Positions 27,127 through 37,186 of a DNA stretch of 64,000 nt are shown piece by piece. Numbering within the stretch: the stretch's first letter is position 1; each line of letters opens with the position of its first letter. The stretch comes from Alkalispirochaeta sp. (GTDB taxonomy: Bacteria; Spirochaetota; Spirochaetia; DSM-27196; Alkalispirochaetaceae), in NCBI GenBank assembly GCA_965601925.1, contig OZ271854.1:4736001-4800000 (forward strand), in the 5' to 3' direction. The translations under genes were made by a program, and so were the position numbers. The notes under the pieces were generated by a model, which was given only the letters and a program-made list of their open reading frames with translations, was not told the origin of the DNA and searched no databases.

Positions 27127-28565
27127 GCGAGAGCATGATCCGTATCGGCGCGCGCGCGTTCGTACTCGCCTTTTCTATCATCTTTGCGTTAATGGTCGTC
27201 GCCGGCGTTCTGACGCGCGTCGTCCCCGCCGGAGCGTACGAACGCATCGAGGTAGACGGTCGTTCGCAGGTAGTGCCGGACTCGTTCGCCTACGCCCCGG
27301 CGCCTCACTACCCGGCATGGCGCTGGTTTACCGCTCCGGCGGAGGTATTGGCGGCCCCGGGGAACGTGGCGGTGATCACGATCATCCTTTTTTTGGTGTT
27401 CGTGGGCGGATCCTTCACCGTTTTGGAACGGGGAGACATTCTGGGTGCCCTTCTCCGCCTGATCGCATCGAAAATGCGCCACCGACGATTTCTCCTTATG
27501 GCGTTGATGCAGCTCTTTTTCATGGTGAGTGCGGCGGTACTCGGCATCTTCGAGGCGATGGTCCCGCTGATCATCTTCGTCGTCCCGTTGAGCCACATGC
27601 TGGGGTGGGACTCGCTGACCGGCCTCGGCATGAGTCTCCTGCCCTTGGCATTCGGATTCGCGGCTGCGGTGACCAACCCCTTTACCATCGGTGTCGCCCA
27701 GACGATCGCCGAGCTCCCGCTCTTCTCCGGCGCATGGCTGCGGATCGCCTTTTTTGTCGTCGTGTACGCCGCGGTCTTTCTCTTCGTCCTTCGCCACGCC
27801 CGTCGCGTCGAGCGCGATCCGCGCACGTCGTACGCGTATGAGCGTGACCGCTCGCTGCGGGAGAGCGCCGCCGCGGCCGAGCGCGTCGACGAGTTGACCG
27901 TACCGTTGAGGAGCGCGCTCACGTGGTTCGCCGCGACAATGGGAATCGCCGTCGTATTCATCATCGCGACCGCGCGTCTCCCGGCACTTTCGACGCTCGC
28001 ATTTCCCCTTATGGCGCTGCTCTTTCTGGTGGGCGGGTTGGGCGCCGGTCGCCTTAGCGGGCTCACCTGGGATCGGATCGCCCGCGCCTTCGCCGGCGGA
28101 AGCAAGAACATGGTCCCCGGCATTCTCCTCATCTTGATGTCGATGAGCGTCAAGCACATCGTCGAGACCGGCGGCATCATGGATACGATTCTCTTCTCGG
28201 CCGCCGAGGCGATCGCCGGCCGCCCACCGGTCGCCGCGGCGTTCCTCATGTACGCCCTCACGCTGGCAATGAACTTTTTCGTGGGGAGCGCGTCGGCCAA
28301 GGCGTTTCTGATGATGCCCATCCTGACACCGCTGGCCGACCTCGTCGGTATCACCCGTCAGACGGCGGTACTCGCCTTCGGGTTCGGCGACGGATTCAGC
28401 AATATGCTCTATCCGACCAACGCGCTTCTGCTGATCGGCCTGAGTTTCACGACCGTCGCATATCCGACGTGGCTGCGGTGGACGCTACCGCTCCAGGTCG
28501 TCATTGCAGCGGTTACCGGCGTCTTTCTCGTCGTGGCGGTAGCGACGAGCTTCGGACCCTTCTGA
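27123..28565 (+). CDS. YfcC family transporter (DcuC/ArcD-like)
   Basis: LT.VVPAG.Y.R, TNPFTIGVAQ.IAELP.FSG, MPIL.PLADLVGITRQ.AVLAF.FGDG; many TMs; ATGA overlap with the peptidase. Confidence 0.9.
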   Translation: MSESMIRIGARAFVLAFSIIFALMVVAGVLTRVVPAGAYERIEVDGRSQVVPDSFAYAPAPHYPAWRWFTAPAEVLAAPGNVAVITIILFLVFVGGSFTVLERGDILGALLRLIASKMRHRRFLLMALMQLFFMVSAAVLGIFEAMVPLIIFVVPLSHMLGWDSLTGLGMSLLPLAFGFAAAVTNPFTIGVAQTIAELPLFSGAWLRIAFFVVVYAAVFLFVLRHARRVERDPRTSYAYERDRSLRESAAAAERVDELTVPLRSALTWFAATMGIAVVFIIATARLPALSTLAFPLMALLFLVGGLGAGRLSGLTWDRIARAFAGGSKNMVPGILLILMSMSVKHIVETGGIMDTILFSAAEAIAGRPPVAAAFLMYALTLAMNFFVGSASAKAFLMMPILTPLADLVGITRQTAVLAFGFGDGFSNMLYPTNALLLIGLSFTTVAYPTWLRWTLPLQVVIAAVTGVFLVVAVATSFGPF

Positions 28566-28578
28566 AAGAGCACGAGCG

Positions 28579-29184
28579 CTACTCGATGATGCCCCGCATG
28601 AAGGATACGAGCACCTCAAGCGCCTTTTGATTCTGTCCGCCCTCGGGCACGATGAGATCGGCGTGCGCCTTTGTCGGTTCGATGAACTCATAGTGGCCGG
28701 GTCGTACCGTCTCCATGTACTGATCGATGACCGACTGGACGGTTCGCCCCCGCTCGTGTATGTCACGCGAGAGGCGCCGGATGAACCGTATATCGTCGGG
28801 CGTATCGACGTAAATCTTGAGGTCGATGAGGTCACGAACCCGGGATTCGAAGAAGATCATGATCCCCTCCAACACGACGACTTTTCCCGGTTCGACGTAA
28901 ACCGACTCCTCTCGGCGATGGTGGTGGACGAAGTCGTACTGCGGCATCTCGATGGAGCGCCCCGCGCGCAGAGCTTCGAGGTGTTCGATCATGAGATCCG
29001 AGTCGAAGGCGCTGGGATGATCGAAGTTGAACGCGTTAATGTTGCTGTTACTGACGAACTCGGCGGATCGATAGTAGTTGTCTTGGGGGATGAAGGTAAA
29101 ATCGCCTACGATCTCGGAGATTTTGCGCACGATAGTCGTCTTTCCCGAACCCGATCCGCCGGTAATTCCGATGATGCGTGCCAT
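28579..29184 (-). CDS. udk: Uridine kinase
   Basis: [54 protein letters not shown]. Alternative start GTG 29190. Confidence 0.96.
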   Translation of the reverse strand: MARIIGITGGSGSGKTTIVRKISEIVGDFTFIPQDNYYRSAEFVSNSNINAFNFDHPSAFDSDLMIEHLEALRAGRSIEMPQYDFVHHHRREESVYVEPGKVVVLEGIMIFFESRVRDLIDLKIYVDTPDDIRFIRRLSRDIHERGRTVQSVIDQYMETVRPGHYEFIEPTKAHADLIVPEGGQNQKALEVLVSFMRGIIE

Positions 29185-29273
29185 ATGCACGCCAGACTAT
29201 AGGCGTTGCGACACCCTTGGCAAGCTGATCGTCACGGGCCATCGTCGCGATGTCGGACCCGATCCGCCGGCGG

Positions 29274-31223
29274 TTACCGTCGACCGTACTGCGAGAGCGC
29301 CACACTCAGCGCGCGTCGTATTTCCGGCTCACCGAACGGTTTACGCAACACGAACTGGAACCCCGCCTCACGGTACGGCGGAATGTCGTCGCGGTGGAGT
29401 ATTCCGGAACTGAGCACCGCGGGGATATCGGGGTCGAGCTCGCGCACACGCTGCAGGAGTTGGACGCCGTTGTTGTGCCCCGGCATCGCCAAGTCGGTAA
29501 TCAAGAGATGAAAATAGCGCTCCTCGGCGAGCTCCTGTCGAAACAACTCAATAGCGCGGTCGCCACTCTCCACGGCGGTCACGATACACCCGACCGACTG
29601 CAGGGTACGCTCCATTGAGCGTCGTACGAGCGGATCATCTTCCACCAACAATACGCGAGCATCTTCAAAAGAGTCGCGATCGGGCACGGGGCTTTTTATC
29701 CATGCGTCGGTATCCTCCAGTGCCGAGGCGATCATAGCGACGGACGGAATATACATGTGCACCGATGTACCGAACCCCGGTTCGGTCTCTATTTCCAATC
29801 GCCCGCCGTGAGCCTCCACGATCGAAAGCGTGACCGTCAGCCCCATGCCGATCCCCTGCTCCTTCGTGGAGAAATACGGTTGGAGCACTTTGTCGACCAG
29901 GCGCGGATCCATGCCGTGTCCTTCGTCACGCACCGTGATGATTATGCCGCTGTTGTTCTCGGGCTTACGGAGTTCCATATGCACGATTCCACCGACATCC
30001 ATCGCGTCGACGGCGTTAATCAGCACGTTGAAGAGCGCCTGCGTGAGCGCCGTCGGCGATATCGCAATGGTCGGAAGGGAGGACTCGACGGTGAAACTCG
30101 TGCGGATACCGGTACCGTTTAGTGCCAACGATACCGTATCTTGGATCGTCTCATTGAGGTCCGTGGGAGTGAGCTGATCCTCAGAGTTGGGGACGAAACG
30201 TACGCGCGAGTCGGGTACGATTCCACCGAACCGTTCGAGCTGCAGACCGAGGCGCCGAATGCGCCGAATCGCCGAGTGGGCGTGTTTCAACTCCTCCGCC
30301 CCACCGGGAGAGAGCGCCGGAGTCGTCCGTTCGAGGAGGTCGAGGCGACCGATCAGGGCGGTTACGCTATTGTTGAGCTCGTGGGCGAGACCGACGGCCG
30401 CACGCGAGATGTCGTGAGCGTGTTGCACGCGCTGGAGGTCACGGCGCACGCGGCTGCGTTCGCCGATAGCGGCTACGGTGAGCACCGTTGCGGGAGTGGT
30501 GCCGTCCGATTCTCCTTCTTCGAAAATCGGATAAATGGATACTTCTACGTCGATCTTTTCTCCATTTGCCGCCGTCGCCCGAATATCCGACGACAGTGTA
30601 AGGTCCTCGCGATGAGTCCGGGCCTTGGCGATCAACTTATGCAACGGAAAGGGCCGCTCGGCCTGTTCGAGCCGTAGCAAATCACCCGCATCGCTACCGA
30701 TCCATTCCTTCGACGGCGTTACCCCGTCCCCGGCCTCGCCGAACAACGTTTCGAGAGCGCCGTGGTCAAGAATCGTTCCGGCATGATCGAGAACCACGAC
30801 GGTTGCTGCGTTACTGCGCATCAGTGCATCGTTCACGCGCCCGCTCGCCGGCGACGTGCGACCGGGAGGAGCCGCGATCGTGTCGCATACGTGCCCGCCG
30901 ACAAAGGTCAGCAGCGAATGTTCGCCTCGACCGTCCAGCAACGCTATCTGGACCGGCGACGGCTCCTGGGAGTTCAGCAATACATTTGCGCCCAACACGA
31001 GTGCAGCCCGATCGGCCGTCCATTCGCCGCTCGGCCGCCATGGAGAGTCGTCGGCGACGACCGTAGCGAGAAACTCCTCGATCGGCAGCGGCGAGAACGC
31101 GTCGTAGTCCATGCCGCATATGCGGGCGCACGAGACGTTGACGGCGGTGACCCACCCCGACATTTCGAGCACCGCCGCACCGTAAGACATGTTCGCAATC
31201 GTAGCGTGGATATCGGTCACCAT
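29274..31223 (-). CDS. Cytoplasmic hybrid histidine kinase (PAS-like, HisKA, HATPase, REC)
   Basis: GLAHELNN, N..INAVDAM, D.G.GM, PYFSTK..G.GMGL; REC LLVEDD...LITDLAMP...KPF. Confidence 0.93.
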   Translation of the reverse strand: MVTDIHATIANMSYGAAVLEMSGWVTAVNVSCARICGMDYDAFSPLPIEEFLATVVADDSPWRPSGEWTADRAALVLGANVLLNSQEPSPVQIALLDGRGEHSLLTFVGGHVCDTIAAPPGRTSPASGRVNDALMRSNAATVVVLDHAGTILDHGALETLFGEAGDGVTPSKEWIGSDAGDLLRLEQAERPFPLHKLIAKARTHREDLTLSSDIRATAANGEKIDVEVSIYPIFEEGESDGTTPATVLTVAAIGERSRVRRDLQRVQHAHDISRAAVGLAHELNNSVTALIGRLDLLERTTPALSPGGAEELKHAHSAIRRIRRLGLQLERFGGIVPDSRVRFVPNSEDQLTPTDLNETIQDTVSLALNGTGIRTSFTVESSLPTIAISPTALTQALFNVLINAVDAMDVGGIVHMELRKPENNSGIIITVRDEGHGMDPRLVDKVLQPYFSTKEQGIGMGLTVTLSIVEAHGGRLEIETEPGFGTSVHMYIPSVAMIASALEDTDAWIKSPVPDRDSFEDARVLLVEDDPLVRRSMERTLQSVGCIVTAVESGDRAIELFRQELAEERYFHLLITDLAMPGHNNGVQLLQRVRELDPDIPAVLSSGILHRDDIPPYREAGFQFVLRKPFGEPEIRRALSVALSQYGRR

Positions 31224-31258
31224 TGAAATTCTTCACCTGCCTTGATCCAATTGCAAGG

Positions 31259-32209
31259 GTGTACGACATAATCGGCGATATTCACGGGCATGCCGACGCA
31301 CTCGAAACACTTTTGCGTAGTCTCGGCTATCGATACCGGCGCGGCGCGTGGCGTTTTCCGAATGCGAGACGGCACGCGATCTTTGTCGGGGACTTTATCG
31401 ATCGGGGACCGCGCATACGAGATACGATCGCGATCGTGCGCGGAATGGTCGAGGCCGAAAGCGCCTCGGCGGTGGCGGGGAACCATGAGTACAACGCCTT
31501 GGCGTGGCATACCCGCGACGAGGCGGGCCGCTGGCTGCGCAGTCACACCGACGCGCACTACGCGCAACACCGCGCTACCCTCGACGAATACGCGGCCTAC
31601 GCTCCCTCCGAGCTTACCGCGCTCCTCGAATGGTCGGCGACGTTGCCGCTTTTCTTCGAAAATGGAGATCTTCGCGTAGTGCACGCCGCCTGGGACGACG
31701 CGTTGGTCGACCTTTTTTCTCATGACACGGTTCCGCTCTCAGATTACTCCTTTTTGGTGAACAGCGCCCAGTCCGGAACGCGGGAAAATAGTGCGATCGA
31801 GGTGCTCCTGAAGGGCGTTGAAATATCGATGCCCGACGGTACCGCGTACGTGGACAAAGATGGAACGGTGCGGCGTCGCACACGCGCCCGTTGGTGGCTT
31901 GACGGCGCGGAACGCAGGACGCTCCTGTCTTCGCCGTCGGGCATCACCATGGCGTCGGTCGCGATGCCGCCCGCCGATCGCATCGCCCCCGATGCGCCGG
32001 TTTCGCGACAACAGGTCGAGACGCTCCCCGGTTACGACGACAAACGTCCGGTCTTCGTCGGTCATTATTGGCTCACGGGGCCACCGGCTCCCCTCGACGA
32101 TCGCGTCGCGTGCGTCGACTACAGCGTTGCGCGCGGAGGGAAGCTCTGCGCCTATCGCTACGACGGAGAACTGCCGTTATCGAGTCGACAGTTCGTTTGC
32201 GTGACATAA
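31259..32209 (+). CDS. Metallophosphoesterase (ApaH/PrpE-like)
   Basis: DIIGDIHG, FVGDFIDRGP, GNHEYN, VVHA.W, VFVGHYW, CVDYS. Start uncertain (31223-31259). Confidence 0.9.
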   Translation: MYDIIGDIHGHADALETLLRSLGYRYRRGAWRFPNARRHAIFVGDFIDRGPRIRDTIAIVRGMVEAESASAVAGNHEYNALAWHTRDEAGRWLRSHTDAHYAQHRATLDEYAAYAPSELTALLEWSATLPLFFENGDLRVVHAAWDDALVDLFSHDTVPLSDYSFLVNSAQSGTRENSAIEVLLKGVEISMPDGTAYVDKDGTVRRRTRARWWLDGAERRTLLSSPSGITMASVAMPPADRIAPDAPVSRQQVETLPGYDDKRPVFVGHYWLTGPPAPLDDRVACVDYSVARGGKLCAYRYDGELPLSSRQFVCVT

Positions 32210-32279
32210 AGCGCAGCGCGAACGACGCTCCCTGCGCGCGACGACGCGGACGACCGGACTCCATTGCCGTCGGGAGGCG

Positions 32280-33563
32280 TTATCCGGCCGCCGCAAACCC
32301 TTTCTCCAGGTCCTCCACGATGTCGTCGATGTGCTCCAACCCTATCGACAGACGGACGAGTTCCGGCGGCAGATTGGCGCCGCGTTGCTGCTCCTCCGAA
32401 AGCTGGCTGTGGGTCGTGCTCGCGGGATGGATCGCGAGACTCTTAGCGTCGCCGACGTTGGCAACGTGGCTAAAGAGCTCGAGGGCGTTGATGAACCTCT
32501 CACCGGCGGCCCGGCCCCCTTTTATTCCGAACGTCACCATACCGCCGAATCCCTTTTTCAGGTACTTCACGGCGTTGTCGTGACCGGGACTTCCGGGGAG
32601 GCCCGGATACCATACCCACTCAACCTTCGGGTGGTTTGAAAGGTACTCCGCCACCTTGGCGCCGTTATCGCTGTGCCGTTGCATACGCAGCGGCAGCGTC
32701 TCGAGGCCTTGCGAGAAGATCCAGGCGTTGTCCGGGCTTATCGCCGCGCCGAGATTGCGCAACGGAACGAGTCGCATCCTGAGAATATAGGCCAGTGGAT
32801 TTAAATCTCCCAGGTCGTACGCGTACCGTACTCCGTGGTAACTGGTGTCCGGCTCCACCAAATTGGCGAACTTCGGATCGTCCCAGTCGAACGCGCCGCT
32901 GTCGATGACCGCACCGCCGATCCCCGCGCCGTGGCCTCCGATCCACTTGGTAAGGCTGTGAACCACAATATCCACGCCGTGATCGATGGGGCGCAGAAGG
33001 TAGGGAGTGGTAAAGGTGGCGTCGACGATCACCGGAAGTCGCTTGGAATGAGCAATTTCACCGATCGCCTCGAAATCGGGCACCGCGAGAATGGGATTAC
33101 CGATCGTCTCGAGATAGACCGCCCTCGTCTTTTCGTTAATCGCCGAGGCGAGCTCCTCGAGGTTCAACGGATCGACAAGACGCACGGTAATCCCGTATCG
33201 CGGGAGAATATCGTTGAACATGGTGTAGGTGCCGCCGTAGAGATACTTGGAGGAGACGATTTCATCTCCGGCGCGCGCAAGATTGATGATCGAATAGTAC
33301 ACAGCACTCGTGCCTGAGGCGAGGGCCAATGACGCCGTACCGCCCTCGAGTGCCGCCAGCCGCTCCTCCAGGACGTTCTGCGTCGGGTTGTGAAGTCGCG
33401 TGTAGATGTAGCCGAGCTCTTTGAGAGCGAACAGGTTCGCGGCGTGCTCGGCATCGCGAAAGTTGTACGCCGTGGTCCGATGAACCGCGATACCGCGGCT
33501 CGGGGCGGCATCATCCCTAGTCTGTCCGGCGTGCAGGGCCAAGGTCTCAAAACGATAACTCAT
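32280..33563 (-). CDS. metY: O-acetylhomoserine/O-acetylserine sulfhydrylase
   Basis: FETLALHAG, YTRL.NPT, LYGGT, HSLTKWIGGHG (PLP Lys), ANVGDAKSL.IHPASTTHSQL; GGAGGAG RBS. Confidence 0.95.
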   Translation of the reverse strand: MSYRFETLALHAGQTRDDAAPSRGIAVHRTTAYNFRDAEHAANLFALKELGYIYTRLHNPTQNVLEERLAALEGGTASLALASGTSAVYYSIINLARAGDEIVSSKYLYGGTYTMFNDILPRYGITVRLVDPLNLEELASAINEKTRAVYLETIGNPILAVPDFEAIGEIAHSKRLPVIVDATFTTPYLLRPIDHGVDIVVHSLTKWIGGHGAGIGGAVIDSGAFDWDDPKFANLVEPDTSYHGVRYAYDLGDLNPLAYILRMRLVPLRNLGAAISPDNAWIFSQGLETLPLRMQRHSDNGAKVAEYLSNHPKVEWVWYPGLPGSPGHDNAVKYLKKGFGGMVTFGIKGGRAAGERFINALELFSHVANVGDAKSLAIHPASTTHSQLSEEQQRGANLPPELVRLSIGLEHIDDIVEDLEKGFAAAG

Positions 33564-33725
33564 GCATTCTCCTCCTCTTCTTCGGCGTATGGCCGTCATG
33601 AACGTATTTAACTCTTTTCCGACCGCATCGCTCCGCTACGCCCGGGACTCTCGCATCGACTCGTCACGTCGCTCCGACGGACGGGCACACCATCCTCGCT
33701 ACCGATTGCAGCCGATAATCGCCGA

Positions 33726-34166
33726 TCAAATGACGTAGTCGATCGTCCTGAGCGACTCCTGCCATCGCATCATCGCATCGGCGATGGTCGTCTCCTCGAG
33801 TCGGACGGCCAACTCGGCGGAGAGAGCGTCGATAACCGCCGCCTCGGGGTGTCGCGCGGTATCGTTGTTCCCGTGCACGGCGTCGCTCAACCGGGCGAGC
33901 AACTCACCTTCGACCGCCGCGACGACATCGACGAGCTTGGTTGTCGAAGGTTCGGCGGCGAGCTCGTACCCTCCCGTCGCTCCTTTGGTACTCCGCACCA
34001 GCCCCGCCGAACGGAGGTCGCCGAGAATCGTCTCGAGGTATTTGGGCGGGATATCGTACTCCTCGGCGATGGCGCGGGCGGAGATACGATGCTCTCGCCG
34101 AGCCGACAACGCGGTGAGAACCCGTATGGCATAGCGTAACTTCTGCGACAAAATACCATAATTCAT
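33726..34166 (-). CDS. Rrf2 family regulator, Cys-free (CymR-like)
   Basis: YAIR.L..L, IA....IP.KYLE.IL..L..AGLV.S.KG..GGYELA, DYVI end; no Fe-S cysteines. Confidence 0.9.
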   Translation of the reverse strand: MNYGILSQKLRYAIRVLTALSARREHRISARAIAEEYDIPPKYLETILGDLRSAGLVRSTKGATGGYELAAEPSTTKLVDVVAAVEGELLARLSDAVHGNNDTARHPEAAVIDALSAELAVRLEETTIADAMMRWQESLRTIDYVI

Positions 34167-34177
34167 ACCTGATTAAG

Positions 34178-34206
34178 GGTATATAATGTCTTATTCTTTT
34201 TGTCAA
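34178..34206 (-). promoter_or_regulatory. sigma70 promoter for rrf2(-metY)
   Basis: TTGACA-N17-TATACC in an AT-rich patch just upstream of the ATG. Confidence 0.65.
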
Positions 34207-34294
34207 GCACTCCCGTTACACATCGGTCCCGTCGCAGAGAAAAGTGTAATGTTCTGGTAATGAACTCGACTGGACGGACGGACTACGTCGACGT

Positions 34295-37186
34295 ATGTTT
34301 GGGCCCATGATTTTTCGTCCTATCCGATACCGTTTGATACCGACGGTGTGGCTGTTGCTTGCGGCGCTGTCGCTTCCGGGGTTGTACGCCCTCTCTGTTG
34401 ACGACACGTTGCCCTTCCACTCTCACGTGGAACGTGGGACTCTGGATAACGGTCTGGAATATTTCGCCCTCGAGCATCCGCATCCCCGAGACCGGCTCAT
34501 TTTACGCTTGGTCGTCGACGCGGGAAGCGTGCTGGAGACGGACGCCCAAAGAGGATTAGCACACTTCGTCGAGCATATGGCGTTCAACGGTACCGAGGAG
34601 TTCGGCGAGACCGAGCTCGTCGCATATCTCGAGAGTTTGGGCGTCCGATTCGGACCGGACGTCAACGCATACACCAGCTTCGACGAGACGGTGTACATGT
34701 TGGAAATTCCCACCGATGACCCGGAGGCGCTGCGGACCGGTTTTCGTGTTATGCAGCAGTGGGCCGGCGCGGTACGTTTCGATGCGGACGCCATCGAACG
34801 CGAGCGGGGAGTTATCGTCGAGGAGTGGCGCGGCGGCCGTGGCGCGGCACGTCGTATGCTCGAAGAACACATTCCGGTGATTCTCGCCGAGTCCCGCTAC
34901 GCCGACCGACTGCCGATCGGTGTCTTGGACGTCATCCGCACCGCGCCGCGCGACGAGTTTATTCGGTTCTACCGGCGGTGGTACCGCCCCGATAACATGG
35001 CGTTCATCGCCGTGGGCGACCTTCCGGCGCACCGTACAACCGAACTCATCGAGGAGTATCTCTCCGATCTGCCGCGCCCAACCGCGAGTCTTGCCCGCCC
35101 GGTCTACACCGTGCCGCGCCAGGGCGGCACACGGGTGAGTATCGCCTCCGATCCCGAGGCGGCGCAGCACACCGTTTCGATATACATTCTCGACGATCCG
35201 CGTCCCTTCACGACCGTCGGCGACTACCGCGAACTGTTGGTACGATCTCTGTTTTCCTCGATCGTCAACGAACGCATGCGCAATATCGCTCGTGACCCCG
35301 ACTCTCCGATCACCGGCGGCGGTGTCGGGTACAACCGCTTCTTGCGCGATACGGAGATCGCCGTCGGGACCGCCGTTGTGCGGGACGATCGCGTCACCGA
35401 GGCGCTGGAAGTACTCATGACGGAGATCGAACGGGCGCGACGTTACGGTGTGCTCGAGAGCGAACTGGAACGGGCACGAAGTCGTTTTTTTCAGTCCATC
35501 GAAGACGCGCGAGTTAACTTCTCGAGTCGTCCGTCGGCGTCTTTGGCCGGCGAACTGACGCGCCACTGGACCGAGGGCGAGGCGGTACCCGGAATCGAGT
35601 TCGAATACCGCCTGTATCGCGAGCTCCTCCCCGGCATATCGGTCTCCGAGGTGAGCGAGGTCGCCCGCGACTTCGTACGGGAGGACGGACGAGTCGTATT
35701 GGCGAACGTGCGCGAGGGCGTCGACGGCCGGCTCCCGGACGGTACTCCTCTCCCCTCCGAGGAGGAGCTCCTGGCGGTGGTACGTACCGCCTCATCGATC
35801 GCACTCGCTCCCCCACGGGATGATGACGCCGGTGCGACGCTAATGGCGGACTCGCCGCGAGGCGGCACGGTCGTCGCGACGCATGAACATCCGGCGGTGG
35901 AGGTGTTCGAGTACCATCTTTCCAACGGCATGCGCGTATTCGTACGATCCACCGATTTTAGCGAAGACGAGATTCTCTTTTCCGCCTACAGCCCGGGAGG
36001 GCTGGCGTTGGTGAGCGACTCCTCGGTCGCTGCGGCGCAACTGGCCACCGACGTCGCCTCCGAGAGCGGTCTGGGCGCGTTGGATGCAAGCGCCCTGGAG
36101 AACGCTCTTGCGGGAAGGTCGGTGACCTTCACCACGTCGATGGGCCGCACATCGGAGGGAATGGCCGGAAGTAGCCGTGCGGAGGACTTGGAGACGCTCT
36201 TCCAGATGATCAACCTCGCCTTTACCGAACCGCGATTTGACGAACGTGCTCTGGAAAACGTTCGCCGCGGAGCACTGCAGGCGTTGCGCGGCGCCGCCGC
36301 CTCGCCGCAAGGTCGCTTTTCCACGACGTTGCAGGAGGCGTTCGCCGCCGGAGATCCACGTCTTCGCGTGTCGCGCGAAGAGGAGATCGCGGCCGTCACA
36401 CTCGAAGATATTCGCCGCGTGTACCGCGACAGATTTGCAAATCCCTCGGACTTTGCGCTCTTTTTCGTGGGCAGCGTCGCCCCCGAGGAGATAGCACGCC
36501 TCGCCGCACACTACCTGGCGGGCATCGGCTCGACCGGAGGCGGGGACCGACCGTGGGCCGCGCCGCGAGACGACGCCGGCTTCATCGAGACGGTGGACGC
36601 CAACCCGTACCCGAGGCCCGAAGGCGTGGTATTGGAGGAGGTTCGCGCCGGAGCCGAACCGGTGGCGCAACTCGCGATGGTGCTTCACGGGCCGTACCAG
36701 TGGTCGCGAGAAGAGAACCACCGTTTCAACAGTCTTGCCGATTACCTCGACATACGCATGCGCGAGGTCATCCGCGAGGACGCCGGTGGTGCGTACAGCG
36801 TCGGCGCGGGCGGATGGCGCTGGCGCCGTCCCGAGGAGTGGGCTTTTATGCAGGTCGCCTTCGGCCTTTCGCCCGATCGCGTGGAAGAGCTGCGAACGCT
36901 CGCACTTGAGGTAATCGAGGAGGTGCGGACAACCGCCCCTACCGAGAACTACCTGGAGCGAATCAAGGCGCAGCAGCGCGACACCTGGGAACAGAGTGTG
37001 CGCGAGAACGGTTACTGGCTCTCGACCATCGCCTTTTTCGTGGAGCACGGCCGTAATCTGGCGGATATCTCCGACTTCCCGGCGCTCTTGGATTCCCTCA
37101 CCGCCGACGATATCCTGGACTCCGCCCGGCGTTACCTCGATCCCGAGAGACGGATCGAAGTACTCCTCCTCCCGGCGGATGGGTAG
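34295..37186 (+). CDS. Exported M16 zinc protease (PqqL-like)
   Basis: Signal peptide; G.LDNGL.Y, AGS..E, GLAHFVEHMAFNG (HxxEH), NAYTSFDETVY; second LSNG half. Confidence 0.93.
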   Translation: MFGPMIFRPIRYRLIPTVWLLLAALSLPGLYALSVDDTLPFHSHVERGTLDNGLEYFALEHPHPRDRLILRLVVDAGSVLETDAQRGLAHFVEHMAFNGTEEFGETELVAYLESLGVRFGPDVNAYTSFDETVYMLEIPTDDPEALRTGFRVMQQWAGAVRFDADAIERERGVIVEEWRGGRGAARRMLEEHIPVILAESRYADRLPIGVLDVIRTAPRDEFIRFYRRWYRPDNMAFIAVGDLPAHRTTELIEEYLSDLPRPTASLARPVYTVPRQGGTRVSIASDPEAAQHTVSIYILDDPRPFTTVGDYRELLVRSLFSSIVNERMRNIARDPDSPITGGGVGYNRFLRDTEIAVGTAVVRDDRVTEALEVLMTEIERARRYGVLESELERARSRFFQSIEDARVNFSSRPSASLAGELTRHWTEGEAVPGIEFEYRLYRELLPGISVSEVSEVARDFVREDGRVVLANVREGVDGRLPDGTPLPSEEELLAVVRTASSIALAPPRDDDAGATLMADSPRGGTVVATHEHPAVEVFEYHLSNGMRVFVRSTDFSEDEILFSAYSPGGLALVSDSSVAAAQLATDVASESGLGALDASALENALAGRSVTFTTSMGRTSEGMAGSSRAEDLETLFQMINLAFTEPRFDERALENVRRGALQALRGAAASPQGRFSTTLQEAFAAGDPRLRVSREEEIAAVTLEDIRRVYRDRFANPSDFALFFVGSVAPEEIARLAAHYLAGIGSTGGGDRPWAAPRDDAGFIETVDANPYPRPEGVVLEEVRAGAEPVAQLAMVLHGPYQWSREENHRFNSLADYLDIRMREVIREDAGGAYSVGAGGWRWRRPEEWAFMQVAFGLSPDRVEELRTLALEVIEEVRTTAPTENYLERIKAQQRDTWEQSVRENGYWLSTIAFFVEHGRNLADISDFPALLDSLTADDILDSARRYLDPERRIEVLLLPADG

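Noticed and set aside
33564..33725. SAM riboswitch or T-box upstream of metY
   Set aside because: No SAM-I core (ATC.AGAG...GAGGGA..GGCCC) or T-box motif is visible on the minus strand.
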